A stretch of DNA of 62,782 nt, counting the filler, from Chiloscyllium plagiosum (taxonomy: Eukaryota): assembly GCF_004010195.1 (NCBI RefSeq). It is 5 parts of one record of this genome, joined end to end, with 100 filler letters (N's around TTAATTAATTAA, not from the genome) between each part and the next. Parts side by side here need not be neighbours in the genome. Positions count along the whole stretch, not along the records: positions 23,820 to 45,787 come from NC_057717.1; 4 more parts are not named here. One strand, given 5' to 3'. Made by a program: the position numbers and the translations under genes. Below the pieces are notes generated by a model. That model saw nothing but the letters and a program-made list of their open reading frames with translations. It was not told where the DNA came from and did not search any database. Positions 25,453 through 37,289 of this stretch are shown here, one piece after another; position 1 is the first letter of the stretch, and each line of letters begins with the position of its first letter.

Positions 25453-25549
25453 TGCTGCTCGTCGGATGCTGCCTGAATTGCTGTGCTCTTCCAGCACCAC
25501 TGATCCAGAATCTGGTTTCCAGCATCTGCAGTCATTGTTTTTACCTACG

Positions 25550-26060
25550 TTGTTGTTTATGAGTCGATCACAGTTCTTTTGGTGAATATAAGATTTTAAA
25601 ACACACTGTGTCGTGATATAAAAGTTTCCGAACAATTGGTTCTCCTGCAAGTTTATCTTGAGACAATTGTGGTCGAGAACTCCCAAGTCTCTTTGCACTT
25701 CAGGCTGAAGAATGTTCCCGCATTTAGAAAATAGTCCTTGCCTGCAATCTTCTTACCAAAGTACATGACCTCACACTTCCCCCCATTGTACTCCATCGTA
25801 CTTCTTTGCCCACACTCCTAACGTGTCTAAAACCTCTGCAGCCTCTCCACTTCCGCAATGCAAACTGTCTCTCCACCTATCTTTATATCATCCAAAACGT
25901 TAACCAGAATGCCCTTAGAACATTTATCTAGATCATTAATTTACAAAGTAAAAAGTCGTGGTCCCAATACTGAACCTTGTGGAATACCACATGTCGCTGG
26001 CTACCATATTGACATGATCATTTTTATCCTCACTCGCTGTTATCTGCCTTTTTAACCTGT
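25550..26060 (-). mobile_element. CR1 LINE RT fragment
   Basis: Minus strand gives GIPQGSVLGP-like, ..DDIKIGG and QRDLGVL motifs. Confidence 0.8.
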
Positions 26061-26181
26061 GTTGTTTCTCAATTCCACCCACACAGATTCTACACCATCT
26101 GTCCATATTTCAGTGATGGGAACCGAGTGATGGGACTGCAAAACACTTTAGCATTGTCGCTAATAAATAGCTTACACATGG

Positions 26182-26404
26182 AGTAAAATATGACATTGTC
26201 GATTTCACTGAATTGTGATGACAACCTATGCCTTTGACAAAATATTCTGTTTGCATTATGGAAGAATATAAACATGTGAACCTGCTTGAGAGGACACAGA
26301 CAATTTCAAATGTTTGTATTCTTCCATAATACAGACAGAATATTTGGACAAAGATATAGACTGTCGCCATATTCCAATGGAATGGACAATGCAATATTTT
26401 TACT
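26182..26404. repeat. ~225-bp imperfect inverted repeat (fold-back), ~100-bp arms and 24-nt loop
   Basis: 26182-26280 is the reverse complement of 26305-26404. The inner 43 bp match at 38/43 positions by hand alignment. Confidence 0.9.
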
Positions 26405-26419
26405 TTTTTTGTTTTTATT

Positions 26420-27140
26420 TGTATATGAAGAAGACACTAGTTAATAAGTTGGTCAAATGAACAACAAATATTGGTGTATGGAGCATATAATGGAAAGTGT
26501 GTCTGTGTTCAAATATGTTGAAAGTTTAATGGAAACGCACGAATTATTTAAATAGACAGATTGGATTGAGACACAGAGGAATCAGGCACCTGGATCACAC
26601 AACAAAGATCATGTACATCAAAGTTTTAGAGAGCCCAGACAAGTGTTGAAACTTTTTTGAAACAGAATTCATTCAGAAGTAGGTAGAATTTTCTACAGTT
26701 TTACAGGGTACTGGTGAGAACACATCGAAAGAGTTATGGCCATATTGACATGCAGAGAAGATTCACTCAACGGACTCCTGTGAAGCATTCTGTTTCAGGA
26801 GGAAATATTGACCAGACTGACCCTGGATCTCCTGGAGTTTAGCTGGACAATATGTGATCTTGTTTAACCTCAGAATATCCCGAATAGTGTTTTTGCATTG
26901 ATTTTTGAAATGATATTTCAGTTTGTATGAGAGATTACAATAGGTGGATGGAAAGTAAAATTGAAGAATATCTCATTCCATAAGATGTGGGTCGTTTCAA
27001 ACCGCTCAAAGTGTTGTGTAGTTGGAAAACTCTCTTCCCAGAGAGCGTGAAGGCTAGGACATTGAATATTCCTAAGGCAGAGGCAGGCGGATTCTTGACT
27101 AAGCATGATACACTAATGTTGTAAGGGCAAAGAAGGAACA
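26420..27140 (+). mobile_element. Highly decayed CR1 LINE RT/3' region
   Basis: Residual CR1-like segments GTACTGGTGAGAACACATC..., CAGAGAAGATTCACT..., TTGGAAAACTCTCTTCCCAGAGAGCGTGAAGGC. Confidence 0.6.
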
Positions 27141-28163
27141 CTCACGCTTGATGCTAGTTTCTACATTTTAGTTGTCTTCAGCTACTGAAAAAATAGGAGA
27201 CCATTCTCATGAACATGAAGATTTTCCTTTCAGATTGATGGGCACAAGTTTCCAAATGTGTTTTTTAAACAAGTGAAAAACTCCTTTGAATCTGCTTTAG
27301 AAATTAGATAATGTCGAATAGATGTCTTAATAGTGCAGCTTCCTTTCAGTTGTTGTTGTGAGGAGGGCTTTTTTTAGCAAAGCCACCGAACTGCTGCCGA
27401 CGTCTAATTTCCACTCATAGTATGTTAGTGCACCCCAGTGGTCCTCGTGGTGCAGGAACACGAACATTTTTATTTCAGCGAGCGTTACAGGATTCTGAAC
27501 ATGTGGCAGTGAATGGACAATGGTTTCGATTCAAGTTAGGATGCAATATGACGTTGGAGATTATATTCTTCACCAATCGATGCTCACAAGCTATGGAAAT
27601 GGTGAGACTATTTTCTGTTTTCAAGAATTAAAGTGATAGAGTCTTATGGAACACAAACAGGCCNNNNNNNNNNNNNNNNNNNNNNNNNNNNNNNNNNNNN
27701 NNNNNNNNNNNNNNNNNNNNNNNNNNNNNNNNNNNNNNNNNNNNNNNNNNNNNNNNNNNNNNNNNNNNNNNNNNNNNNNNNNNNNNNNNNNNNNNNNNNN
27801 NNNNNNNNNNNNNNNNNNNNNNNNNNNNNNNNNNNNNNNNNNNNNNNNNNNNNNNNNNNNNNNNNNNNNNNNNNNNNNNNNNNNNNNNNNNNNNNNNNNN
27901 NNNNNNNNNNNNNNNNNNNNNNNNNNNNNNNNNNNNNNNNNNNNNNNNNNNNNNNNNNNNNNNNNNNNNNNNNNNNNNNNNNNNNNNNNNNNNNNNNNNN
28001 NNNNNNNNNNNNNNNNNNNNNNNNNNNNNNNNNNNNNNNNNNNNNNNNNNNNNNNNNNNNNNNNNNNNNNNNNNNNNNNNNNNNNNNNNNNNNNNNNNNN
28101 NNNNNNNNNNNNNNNNNNNNNNNNNNNNNNNNNNNNNNNNNNNNNNNNNNNNNNNNNNNNNNN

Positions 28164-28563
28164 AAGAATAGATAAAAGTCCTGGGGCAGAGGGGAAACAC
28201 CCTAGGTTGCTACAAGAAGAGAGGGAAGAGATTTCTGTGCCTTTGGCGATGATTTTTACGTGCGTCTTTACTGTCCATTGGAGTAGTGCCAGATGATTGA
28301 GGTTGGCAAATGTTATTCCCTTGTTCGGGAAAGGGAATTAGGATAATCCTGAGAATTATAGTCCAGTCAGTCTTACATTAGTATTGGGCAAAGTAGTGGA
28401 GCCGATTCTGAGAGACAGACTTTATGATTACTTGAAAAATCATAGCAAGATTATAAATAGTTAGCATGGCTTTGTGAGGGGCAAGTCATGCCTCCCAAAC
28501 TTTATTGAACTCTTTGAGGATGGGATCAAACATACTGAAGAAGGTAGAGCTTTGGATGCATAG
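28164..28563 (+). mobile_element. CR1 LINE RT fragment between gaps
   Basis: KSPGA.., ANVIPLF, DNPENYSPVSLT and HGFVRGKSCLPN motifs. Confidence 0.85.
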
Positions 28564-28804
28564 NNNNNNNNNNNNNNNNNNNNNNNNNNNNNNNNNNNNN
28601 NNNNNNNNNNNNNNNNNNNNNNNNNNNNNNNNNNNNNNNNNNNNNNNNNNNNNNNNNNNNNNNNNNNNNNNNNNNNNNNNNNNNNNNNNNNNNNNNNNNN
28701 NNNNNNNNNNNNNNNNNNNNNNNNNNNNNNNNNNNNNNNNNNNNNNNNNNNNNNNNNNNNNNNNNNNNNNNNNNNNNNNNNNNNNNNNNNNNNNNNNNNN
28801 NNNN

Positions 28805-29845
28805 CCCAACAATTCACCCTCCTGTCTAGGCACTTTCCCCTGCCACCATAGGAATAGTAGAGATGTGCCCACCCACCCCCCGGCCCTAAATATCCTTCCA
28901 TATCCATCAAGGTTTCAATTGCAGTTCCACACATGTCAGCTACTGTATCCGTTGCTCCCAATATGGTATTCTATACGTTAGGGAGATAGGACCTCAACTC
29001 GCAGAGCACTTCAGAGAACATCTCTGGGACACCCGCACCAACCAACCACTCTGCCCCGTGGCCGAACGCTTCAACACCCCCTCCCACTCTGCTGAGGTCA
29101 TGCAGGTCCAGGGCATCATCCATCGCCACTCCCTTACCACCTCATCTTCGACCTCGGGACACTCCAACCCCATGGCATCAATGTGGATTTCACCAGTTTC
29201 CACATTTCCCCTCCTCGCACCTTATCACAGTTCCAAACTTCCAGCTTAGCACCGACCTCATGACCTGTCCCATCTTTTTAGATTTCCTAGGAGTGTTAGG
29301 AGGCTCTTTGGCCCAACAAGTCCATACCAAACCGCCGAAGAGTAACCCATTTCACTTTGACTAAGGCATCTATTACTATGGGCAAATTAACATGGCCAAT
29401 TCACCTGTGGGAGAAAACCGGAACATCCGGAGGAAAGCCATGGAGACACACGGGAGAATGTGCAAACTCCACACGGAGAGTCGCCTGAGGCCGGAATCGA
29501 AACTGGTCCCTGGCACTGTGAGGCAGCAGTACTAACCACTGAGCAATCATGCTCATATGTCCATCTTCCTTCCCACCTATCCGCTCCACCCTCTCCTCCG
29601 ATATATCACCATTACCCACACCTCCACCCAACTATCGCACTCTCAGTTACCTTTCCCCAGCCCCAACCCCTCCCATTTATCACTCCACCCTCATGGATCC
29701 CATTCTTATTGCTGACTAAGGGCTTTTGCACGAAACGTTGATTTTCCTGCTCCTTGGATGCTACCTGAGCTGCCGTGCTTTTCAAGCTGCAGCCTCATGA
29801 CTCGAACTTCCAGCATCTGCTGTCTTCGCTTTCGCCTTGTTGACA
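28805..29845 (+). mobile_element. Second Penelope fragment (GIY-YIG region and 3' terminus), split by a SINE
   Basis: CIRCSQYGILYVRE and LAEHFREHL (GIY-YIG region). Terminus with decayed hammerhead CTGACTAAGGGCTTTTGCACGAAACGTTG at ~29712-29740. Confidence 0.85.
29276..29550 (-). mobile_element. tRNA-derived V-SINE (HE1-like)
   Basis: Minus strand: GCTCAGTGGTTAGTACTGCTGCCTCACAGTGCCAGGGACCAGTTTCGATTCC (A/B boxes), then V-domain-like GTGGAGTTTGCACATTCTCCCGTG. Confidence 0.85.
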
Positions 29846-31139
29846 TCTCCACTCAGTGTCTGTCCGGGTTACAGATGTATGGAGTCTGGGTGGTAGGCCA
29901 GATGTCATCACTGTAAGTAATTTGTGTGGTGTGCTTCTGACACTCCATGTCCTCACATCTGCTCTCTGGGACAGGGTCTGACTGAAAATGAATTTGTAAA
30001 GCATGGTTACTAGCCAGTCAATGATGTCTAATTTGGACAGCATTTGTACTTACATGGAGACCAATGGTAGCCTGGTGGCTAGTTTCCCACCGGCCCAAGG
30101 TCGATTCCAAATGTTTTGTTGTGAAGTAATGCTTGAATGACTTCCCTGAATCAAATGGTCGTTCTCTGGATACATTTAGGTGCAGGCCAGTATCTCACTA
30201 AGTGTCACAGGCAGCTATGAGGTTCAGTAACACTCTGCCTGAATTCAGATCCTATTTTCAAAGAAGCTTATGATTGCAAGGAGATCAGTTTAGTGATCCG
30301 AAAAGTAATCAGATATTTGCTATGTTTCATGAATTGTGCAAAAATAAGATGCGAAGTATGATTATTCAACCAAACAATAATTGCATCATCTCTGAAAACA
30401 ATTATGTTGATGGTATATTTATGGAACAAAAATACAAACTCCTGTCAACATTTAATTATTCAAAAATAAAGAATGTAAATTTTGTTTTATTTCGAACATA
30501 GAATATGGTATCTGACTATAGACGTGATTACAATTACATACTCACTGTCGGTATTCAAATAAAAACATTGTCACACTAACATTTGGAAAGTGCTTGGCAT
30601 CTGACCGATTATATATTAAGATTGAGAAAATAATTGAACAATCATATGGAAAAAGCGTTCTTATACATTTAAATAACAATCGGTTTAATTTCTCACTTAA
30701 ATGTAGGAGCTTCAGCTATTTACCAACAATTGAGAAATTACAATAATTCAACATTCACTGTGAATGGTAACTTAAATAAATGATTTGTGATATTACAATG
30801 CAGTGAACAATAATTTGAAATCTTGCATTTTTTTAAAAGAATGAATGGCATTTAATGCAAAATTTGGTTAGTGTTAAAAAACGATGAACATATTTCCGTA
30901 TGAGAGAAAAGTCAAACTTTTACAAAGTGTTTTGTGGGAAAGCAAAGAAATACTTGTTTTAGTAATTGGGATTCAAGATTTAAAATATTTATGTGCTGAC
31001 TAATAATTAGACTTCATCATCAAGCTAACATTGCAATACTTGCATTTTAAATGGTTATGCTGCAGCAGCTATGATCAAATATTTGTCAGCATTTAAAAAC
31101 AGGAAATAATCAGATACTGACGTTGACTTGCATCTGTAC

Positions 31140-31580
31140 ATGATAGAGTACAGAACTTTAATGGACAGAAGGAAGTTATTGGGTCACTGTGTATGCATCA
31201 GCTCCGGAAAGTCTCCCAAACTCCTCCCATTTGCCACCCGGTCTCTGTCGCCCTTTACATTCGTAACTTACAAATATATATCCAGTTCCCTTTTGAATCT
31301 TCATTCACAACGCTCCCAGACAGAACATTCTAAATTCTAATAAATCTCTCAATAAAGAAGTTTTTCCTTATCTCACTCCTAGCTCTTGTGCTGCCAATCT
31401 TGAAACTTGGACTCAGAGACGCTGTAATGCCAACGAAAATAATTTTGAGCACTGCAATAAGTTCACAGCTTTGTCCATTCTGCTTAATGAAGAGTAACCC
31501 TAATTGTTCGCATCCTACCTTTAACTAATTCGTTAATTCCAGTTGTCATTCTGATTATTTATAAGGTTACTGGTATTCTT
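31140..31580 (-). mobile_element. Decayed CR1/L2 3' fragment
   Basis: Reverse complement of a CR1-type 3' region (..TATATCCAGTTCCCTTTTGAA.., ..CATTCTAAATTCTAATA..). Confidence 0.5.
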
Positions 31581-31591
31581 CTACAAAGTCA

Positions 31592-31732
31592 TGTGGTGTG
31601 TGTTTGTCTGTGTACCTCTGTGTGTGTGTGCTCATGTGTGTCTGTGTGTGCTTTTGTGTGTATAAGTCTGCCTGTGTGTGCACGTGTGCATGAGTATGTG
31701 TGTGTATGAGAGAGAGAGACACAGAGAGAGAG
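31592..31732. repeat. Imperfect (TG)n/(GA)n microsatellite
   Basis: Direct reading of the sequence. Confidence 0.9.
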
Positions 31733-31759
31733 ATCAATCCGCTGGAATGTCTGAATTAC

Positions 31760-33790
31760 TCCAGTCGACACATGGAAAAGAGGTAATGATAAGGAAGGTG
31801 GCATATTTTAAAATGTGATTAAAAAACTAGCACAGAGGTGAGGGTTTCAATTTTTGGATCATTAGGTTCTCTTCCAGGGCAAGTGAGAGCTTTCAAAAAT
31901 GGGCAGGTTGCATCTTAACTGGAGGAGAACGAACATCCTTATGGGGAGGTTTGCTCGTGGACATTGGGTGGATTTAAACTAATAAACCAGGAGGCTGAGA
32001 ACCAAAGCAGCAGGTCAGAAACTGAGCAGAAGGTAGAGGTGAATAGGACAGCAGGCATTGACCAGTCTCATGACCATGATGAAGGATGTCAATTCAAAAT
32101 GTGAGTTGGAGATTGGAATAAATGATAGGAATGAGGAGCATAATTATAAGGGATAAACAAATAAGTTTGTACAGTGTGGGGGATGTGAGGAAGTGAAGTC
32201 AGAAAGCTAGTGTACAAAAAGTATTAGAAGAGAGAGACAAACCAATAAAACCTATTTAATGTCTTTGTACCTAAAAGCACAAAATATTTTGAACAATATT
32301 GAGGAGCTGACAACAGTGATGGATTATTACATGAGTGCTTCGTATCTGTTATAACTGGGAGACGGAGGATGTAGGTACAGAATTCGAGAAGATGCATTGT
32401 GAGCTCTCAACTAAGATGCAAGTTGGAATGATGTAAAGTCCACATGAGTTGTAACACAGGATAATGTTTCAGACAAGAGAGGAAATGATCTGACCAAATG
32501 TTTTAGTCAAATCTGACCACCAGGGAGGTTCCAGAGGACTGGAGAGCAGCTAATGTGGTCCCACATTACAGAAAATATGGTGGAGATAGGCCAGTGTCTT
32601 TTGGTGTACCACAGAGTGCAGTGCAGTGTATTTTATTATTTGTGTTATTCATAAATGATGTAGCTGTGAATGTGGAAGGGTAGTGTGAGGGGAGAATTGG
32701 GGCATGTGATAGGTAAGTTTGTGTTTGACACAAAGATTAGCCAGGTAGTGTTCAGTTAAGCGGAAGGCCTTATTTAACAGGAAGATACAGATGAAATGGC
32801 CAGATGGGCAGATCAATGGCAGATGGAATGTAACACTGATAAATATGAAGTGATGCACTTTGGAAGAAGGAGCCAGACAGGGGAATACTCAATGAACGGC
32901 AGCACACTAGGAATCTCAGAGGGTACTTCTCCACACATCTCTGAATGTGATTAGACAGGGTAATAAGCTAGTAAAGAAAGCATATGGGACTGTAGGCATT
33001 TTGTTTACTCATCGAGGCGTACTCAATATGATCTAAACACGCCATTGGTTCGGCCATAGATAGAATGTTGTGTGCAGTTCTGGGAGCTACATTACAGTAA
33101 GAATGTGATTGCACTGGAGGGGGTACAGTGGAGATTCACCAGGATGTTCCCTGGGATGGAGCTTATTAGGGATGAAGAGAGATTGGATAAGCTCGAGTTG
33201 TTTATTTTGGAGCAGATAGGGCTGAAAGGGACGTGATTCAGAAGGATAAGATTACAAGGGACATGGACAAGGTGATCAGACAGTAGCTGTTCCTTTTATT
33301 CAAAAGGCCGAGAACAAGGGATAAGACACTTAATGTGTAGGCTTTGAGGTTTAGAGAGAATTTGACAATTGTTTTTCACCCAGAGAGTGTTGTGGTCTGA
33401 ATGCACTCCCTGAGGTGGGTGTTGTCGTGGGTCACCTCACAACAGTTAAGAAGTACATGGACCAGTATCAGACTCTCATAACATTCCCGGCTACAAGCTG
33501 CATGTAGGAATGTGGGAATAATGTATATCGTGCTGTACTTCTGATGGTGCAGAATATCTCCTTCTCTGATTGGATGATTTGGAAGGGTAGTCATTGAGCA
33601 GCGTATGGCAGAAATTGTTGGGTTCTGAAAACACGTATTAATAAAGGTTATACAACTCAACTACAATAGCTTCTAAAAGTATGTTATTGTGAAAGTAAAC
33701 GAAAAATAGCAGCTTATTACAATCTGAAACCAGAGAATGGAGAATGGAAAACAGGGAAATGGCAGAACTGTGAAGCAAGTACTTCAATTC
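31760..33790 (+). mobile_element. Composite of decayed CR1 fragments (ORF1 end, endonuclease start, RT, 3' end)
   Basis: LHLNWRRTNIL (CR1 ORF1 esterase-like end), ANVVPHYRK, DTKISQVV, WQMECNTDKYEVMHFG and CVQFW motifs. Confidence 0.8.
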
Positions 33791-33899
33791 TGCTGCAGCA
33801 TCACACCTGATGGAACTGGGGCTAACGTATAGACATGACCTTAGCACGGCATAGCTGGCAGGAAACAATGAGTGGAATATTTTGATATCGATTTTGAGT

Positions 33900-34570
33900 T
33901 TACTCTCAGGTGTATTTTACAGGGTAAATGCAAGACATTTCTGCATCAAACTGGCATTGTTTTAAATAATTTGAATACTGAATATTGAAAAAAAGGTATA
34001 GCTCGAAGAAAGTCCATGGGTCCTGAGTCAGCTCGTCACTATCGGTGACGACTGCATCCACCATCACTGGACACCAGTTTCATCACCATCTACACCAAAG
34101 GCCACCAACATCGAAGTTGCTGATCCTCAGGTGCCATCTTTGCCGCTGGGCCAATACTCTTCCATCACTGTCTCGTCGCCCCCAGTTCTAGACCCTCCAA
34201 TGTCAGAGACATGTCTCTTACTGTTGTGCCCACCTCATCGATGTTGCCATGATGTCATTCCAACGTCTACTTCATCAGCACCAACGCAACGACCAACCAA
34301 CAACGAAGGCCCCGATCCTCTGGCATCACCTATTGCTACTGGGCCTACCTCACACACGTTGCCACTGCTGATGTAGTGGTCTACAATTCCAGGTCCTGTG
34401 CTTGTTCCGGAAAAGTAAGCAGGGACACACTCTCCTCTGCACTGGGCCCAGCTCAAGATCCATACACCGTGCTCCACTTGAGACCTCTCGAGGGCCATGT
34501 CCTGAGTCCATTCAAAGTCTGCATTTTTGGGATCTCGTTGCTGCTGATGCTGTCCAAGCTACAAGGTCAG
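33900..34570 (-). mobile_element. Probable GC-rich non-autonomous interspersed repeat of unknown family
   Basis: A GC-rich block with no consistent reading frame that interrupts the composite CR1 unit. Family not identified. Confidence 0.3.
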
Positions 34571-35214
34571 TAAGTTACAGAGAGAAAATAGAGTGGGGGG
34601 GGGGGGGGAATAAGGGAAAAAAGCAAGTCAGAGTGTACAAGCTCCAGCAAAGGAGACCTTGAACCAGAGACACTGGAATAAAAGGACCCTTTTATTGGAG
34701 ACGAAGGCTCATGGTGTATCACAGGGATCGGGGATTGGGCCCCAGTTATTCCTAACATACATCCAACATTTGGTTGAGGGAACCAAATGCAGTATTTCCC
34801 AGCCTGCTGACAGCACAAAACCATGTTGGATTGTCATTGGGTGAGGAGGATGTCGAAAAGCTCTAAATTGATTGAGATAAGTGGAGTGAATGTTTGAATA
34901 GATGTGACATTGTGCACTTCGTTGGATAAATAGAACAGCAGCCGACCATTTGAAAAGGGATTGGTTCAAAACTTTTGATGTATAAAGGTACTTATGCTCC
35001 TTTATTTGTTTCCGTCTGCGCAGCCCTCTGAGGTCCATGCAGGGCAGTGAGTTCTGGATTCAGAAGTCAATACTGGGATTGGCATTGGCACGCTGATCAG
35101 TGTATATAGACCCAGCAAGTCGGGAGCTGTAACATTGTCTGGATCTCCCTGTACACCAGTCAACTGAAAACAAACAGTAAGCAATAAGATAAATAATGTG
35201 TTGACCTTCATTTT

Positions 35215-35800
35215 AGGGGGATTTGAGTCCAGGAGTAAGGTTGTCTTGCTGCAGCTGCACAGGGCCTTGTTGAGACCCCATCTCGAACATTGTATAGTAT
35301 CGTGTGCAGTTTTGGTCTCCTTCTCTAATAAAGGACAAAGCTGACATTGAGGGAGAGCAGTGAAGGATGACCAGACTGATCTCTGGGATGACAGGCTTGT
35401 TGTGGGTGCAGAGCTTGACGCGACCGGGCCTGTATTCCTTGGTGTTTAGGAAAGTGCGCGGAGATCTCCGTGAAATATATAAGACTCTGACAGGGTGACA
35501 CAGATTGGAACCACGGATGATAATTCCCCTGGCTGAGATGTCTAAAACCACAGGCCACAGTATCAGGTGCAGACTGGCCACACTGCATTGAGATGAGAAT
35601 AAATGTCGCCACTCAGAGACTGGTGAACCTAGGGAATTCTCTCCCAGATCAGGCTGTGGAAACCAAGCCACTGATTATACACAAGGATTTCTGGACAGTG
35701 AAAGAGTGGCGATAACAGGCTTATGGTTTGCCGATAAAGGATCAGCTGTCATTGTATTGAATGGGGCAGAAGACTGTACTATTGTAGTTTCTATTTTATA
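35215..35800 (+). mobile_element. CR1 LINE RT C-terminus and 3' UTR
   Basis: LHRALLRPHLEHC, VQFWSP and QRR.TRLISGM-like motifs; 3' UTR GATCAGCTGTCATTGTATTGAATGG. Confidence 0.85.
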
Positions 35801-36129
35801 TTTTTCCGATGTTTAATCACGTTGCGGGATATGAATATTGTTTGGGAAAATTTGTTGAGGAGATGTCCTCCATGAGCTGGAATGGGGGAAGGCTCAGTGT
35901 GTTGATTAACCTACTCATTTTCCGATGTTTCTGTGCAGTCTGTGGAAAAGCTCTGTCAATGTTGTCCGAAGCTCTCAGATGTTAAGAAAGAGGTCTCTGC
36001 AGGGACAAGAGGACAAGAGGACTGTGTTTCCCATTCCCTTTTCTGATACTGATGCTGGTGCCGAGTGTTCTGTCCGGGTTTATCCTTTAAGACCTCAGAG
36101 CAGTTTGATGCTATTGAGTGTTTTCCTTG

Positions 36130-37230
36130 GCCAGTTTAGAGACCATTGAAGAGCGTATCACATGTCTGTGTTCGGAGTCAGTTTTAGGCCAGACAAGGAA
36201 AGCACGCGAGATTCACTTCCTCAAAGTACATTGGGGAAGGAAATTGGTGTTTACAAACTGGATTCAAGGTCACTATCACTGACCAGAATTTACAACCCGA
36301 TGTGTTATTAATTGTTTTTAACTTCCACCAGCTGCCAGAGCGTTGGCCTGGTCTGGATTAGTAATCCAGTGACATTTCCACAACTCCATCATCTTCACAT
36401 GGGGACCAATCAGAAACCACACTGAGCAGGTTATTTCTGTGCTGCTTGACAAATCTGTCGGAAATGACTCCCTTTGGTTTGAATATCGTGATGGGACAGA
36501 AGGGGTAGTAATTGGACAGATTGTAATTATTCCCCTCTGAGGGGACTGGACATAGCTGACTGATTTTCCACATTGCCAGGGAGATGTCAGAGTTGGATCT
36601 GGAATGAAACAGCTTCACCTGGGACACGGCTTGTTGTGCAGCACAAGTCTTCAGTCCTATTGCAGGAATGGTGTCAGGGCCCACTGCCTTTGTTTTATCT
36701 GTTGTCTTCAGCTGTTTCTTCATGTCATGTGCAGCGAATCGAATCGGTTAAATACTGGCATCTGTGATTCTGTGGGAATCATGGCGAGGATGAGGTGGAT
36801 CATCAGCACCACGCTTCTGGCGGCTGAGGATGGTGTCGATACCACATCCTTGTCTTTTACACAGATGTACACGGCTGTTCCGTTATTTTGGATGGGAAGA
36901 TTTCAGGAGTCCTCTCTGCCAGTAAGTTGTTTAATGTTCCATTGACATTTATCCCTGTTATGGCAGTACAGCAGAGCTTAGATCTGATCTGATTGAATTG
37001 AGATCAATTCTCCCTCTCCATTAGATGTTAGTTCCGCTGTTTGGAATGTAAACAATCCAGTGCGATAGCTTTAACGAGTTATCATCAAGTTTAGGTACAC
37101 ATGGCTCTGACTCTGGCATGTTCACACGCACTCGTCACTTAGCTATGGATTGGCTTGATGGTAATAGAAGACTGAGGGGTTATCCTGGGGAAATTGTTAC
37201 AGACTATGATTGAAAAAAAATTCTGCTTCT
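36130..37230 (-). mobile_element. L2/CR1-group LINE fragment with adjacent SINE-like piece
   Basis: Minus-strand KAVGPDTIPAIGLKTCA...WKISQLCPV...NLSNYYP, same family as 1073-3750. Confidence 0.8.
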
Positions 37231-37289
37231 GCTGCTGCTGTGTTTTTTCAGCATCACATGTTAACCCATTTTTATCTGTAATATTTGCG

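Larger units (their letters stand above)
23820..25545 (+). mobile_element. Penelope-like retroelement (RT, internally deleted GIY-YIG region, 3' terminal repeat)
   Basis: ARFYLLPKIHKP, RPIVSACSCPT, VAMGTRMGPSYACLFVG, LRYIDD, LPFLD and YKPTDSH motifs; C-terminal FRLGTVQPQGINVDF. Terminal sequence carries a hammerhead motif. Confidence 0.95.

Noticed and set aside
27628..28981. ORFs containing X runs (also near 40500, 56700, 58900)
   Set aside because: They exist only because N gaps contain no stop codons.
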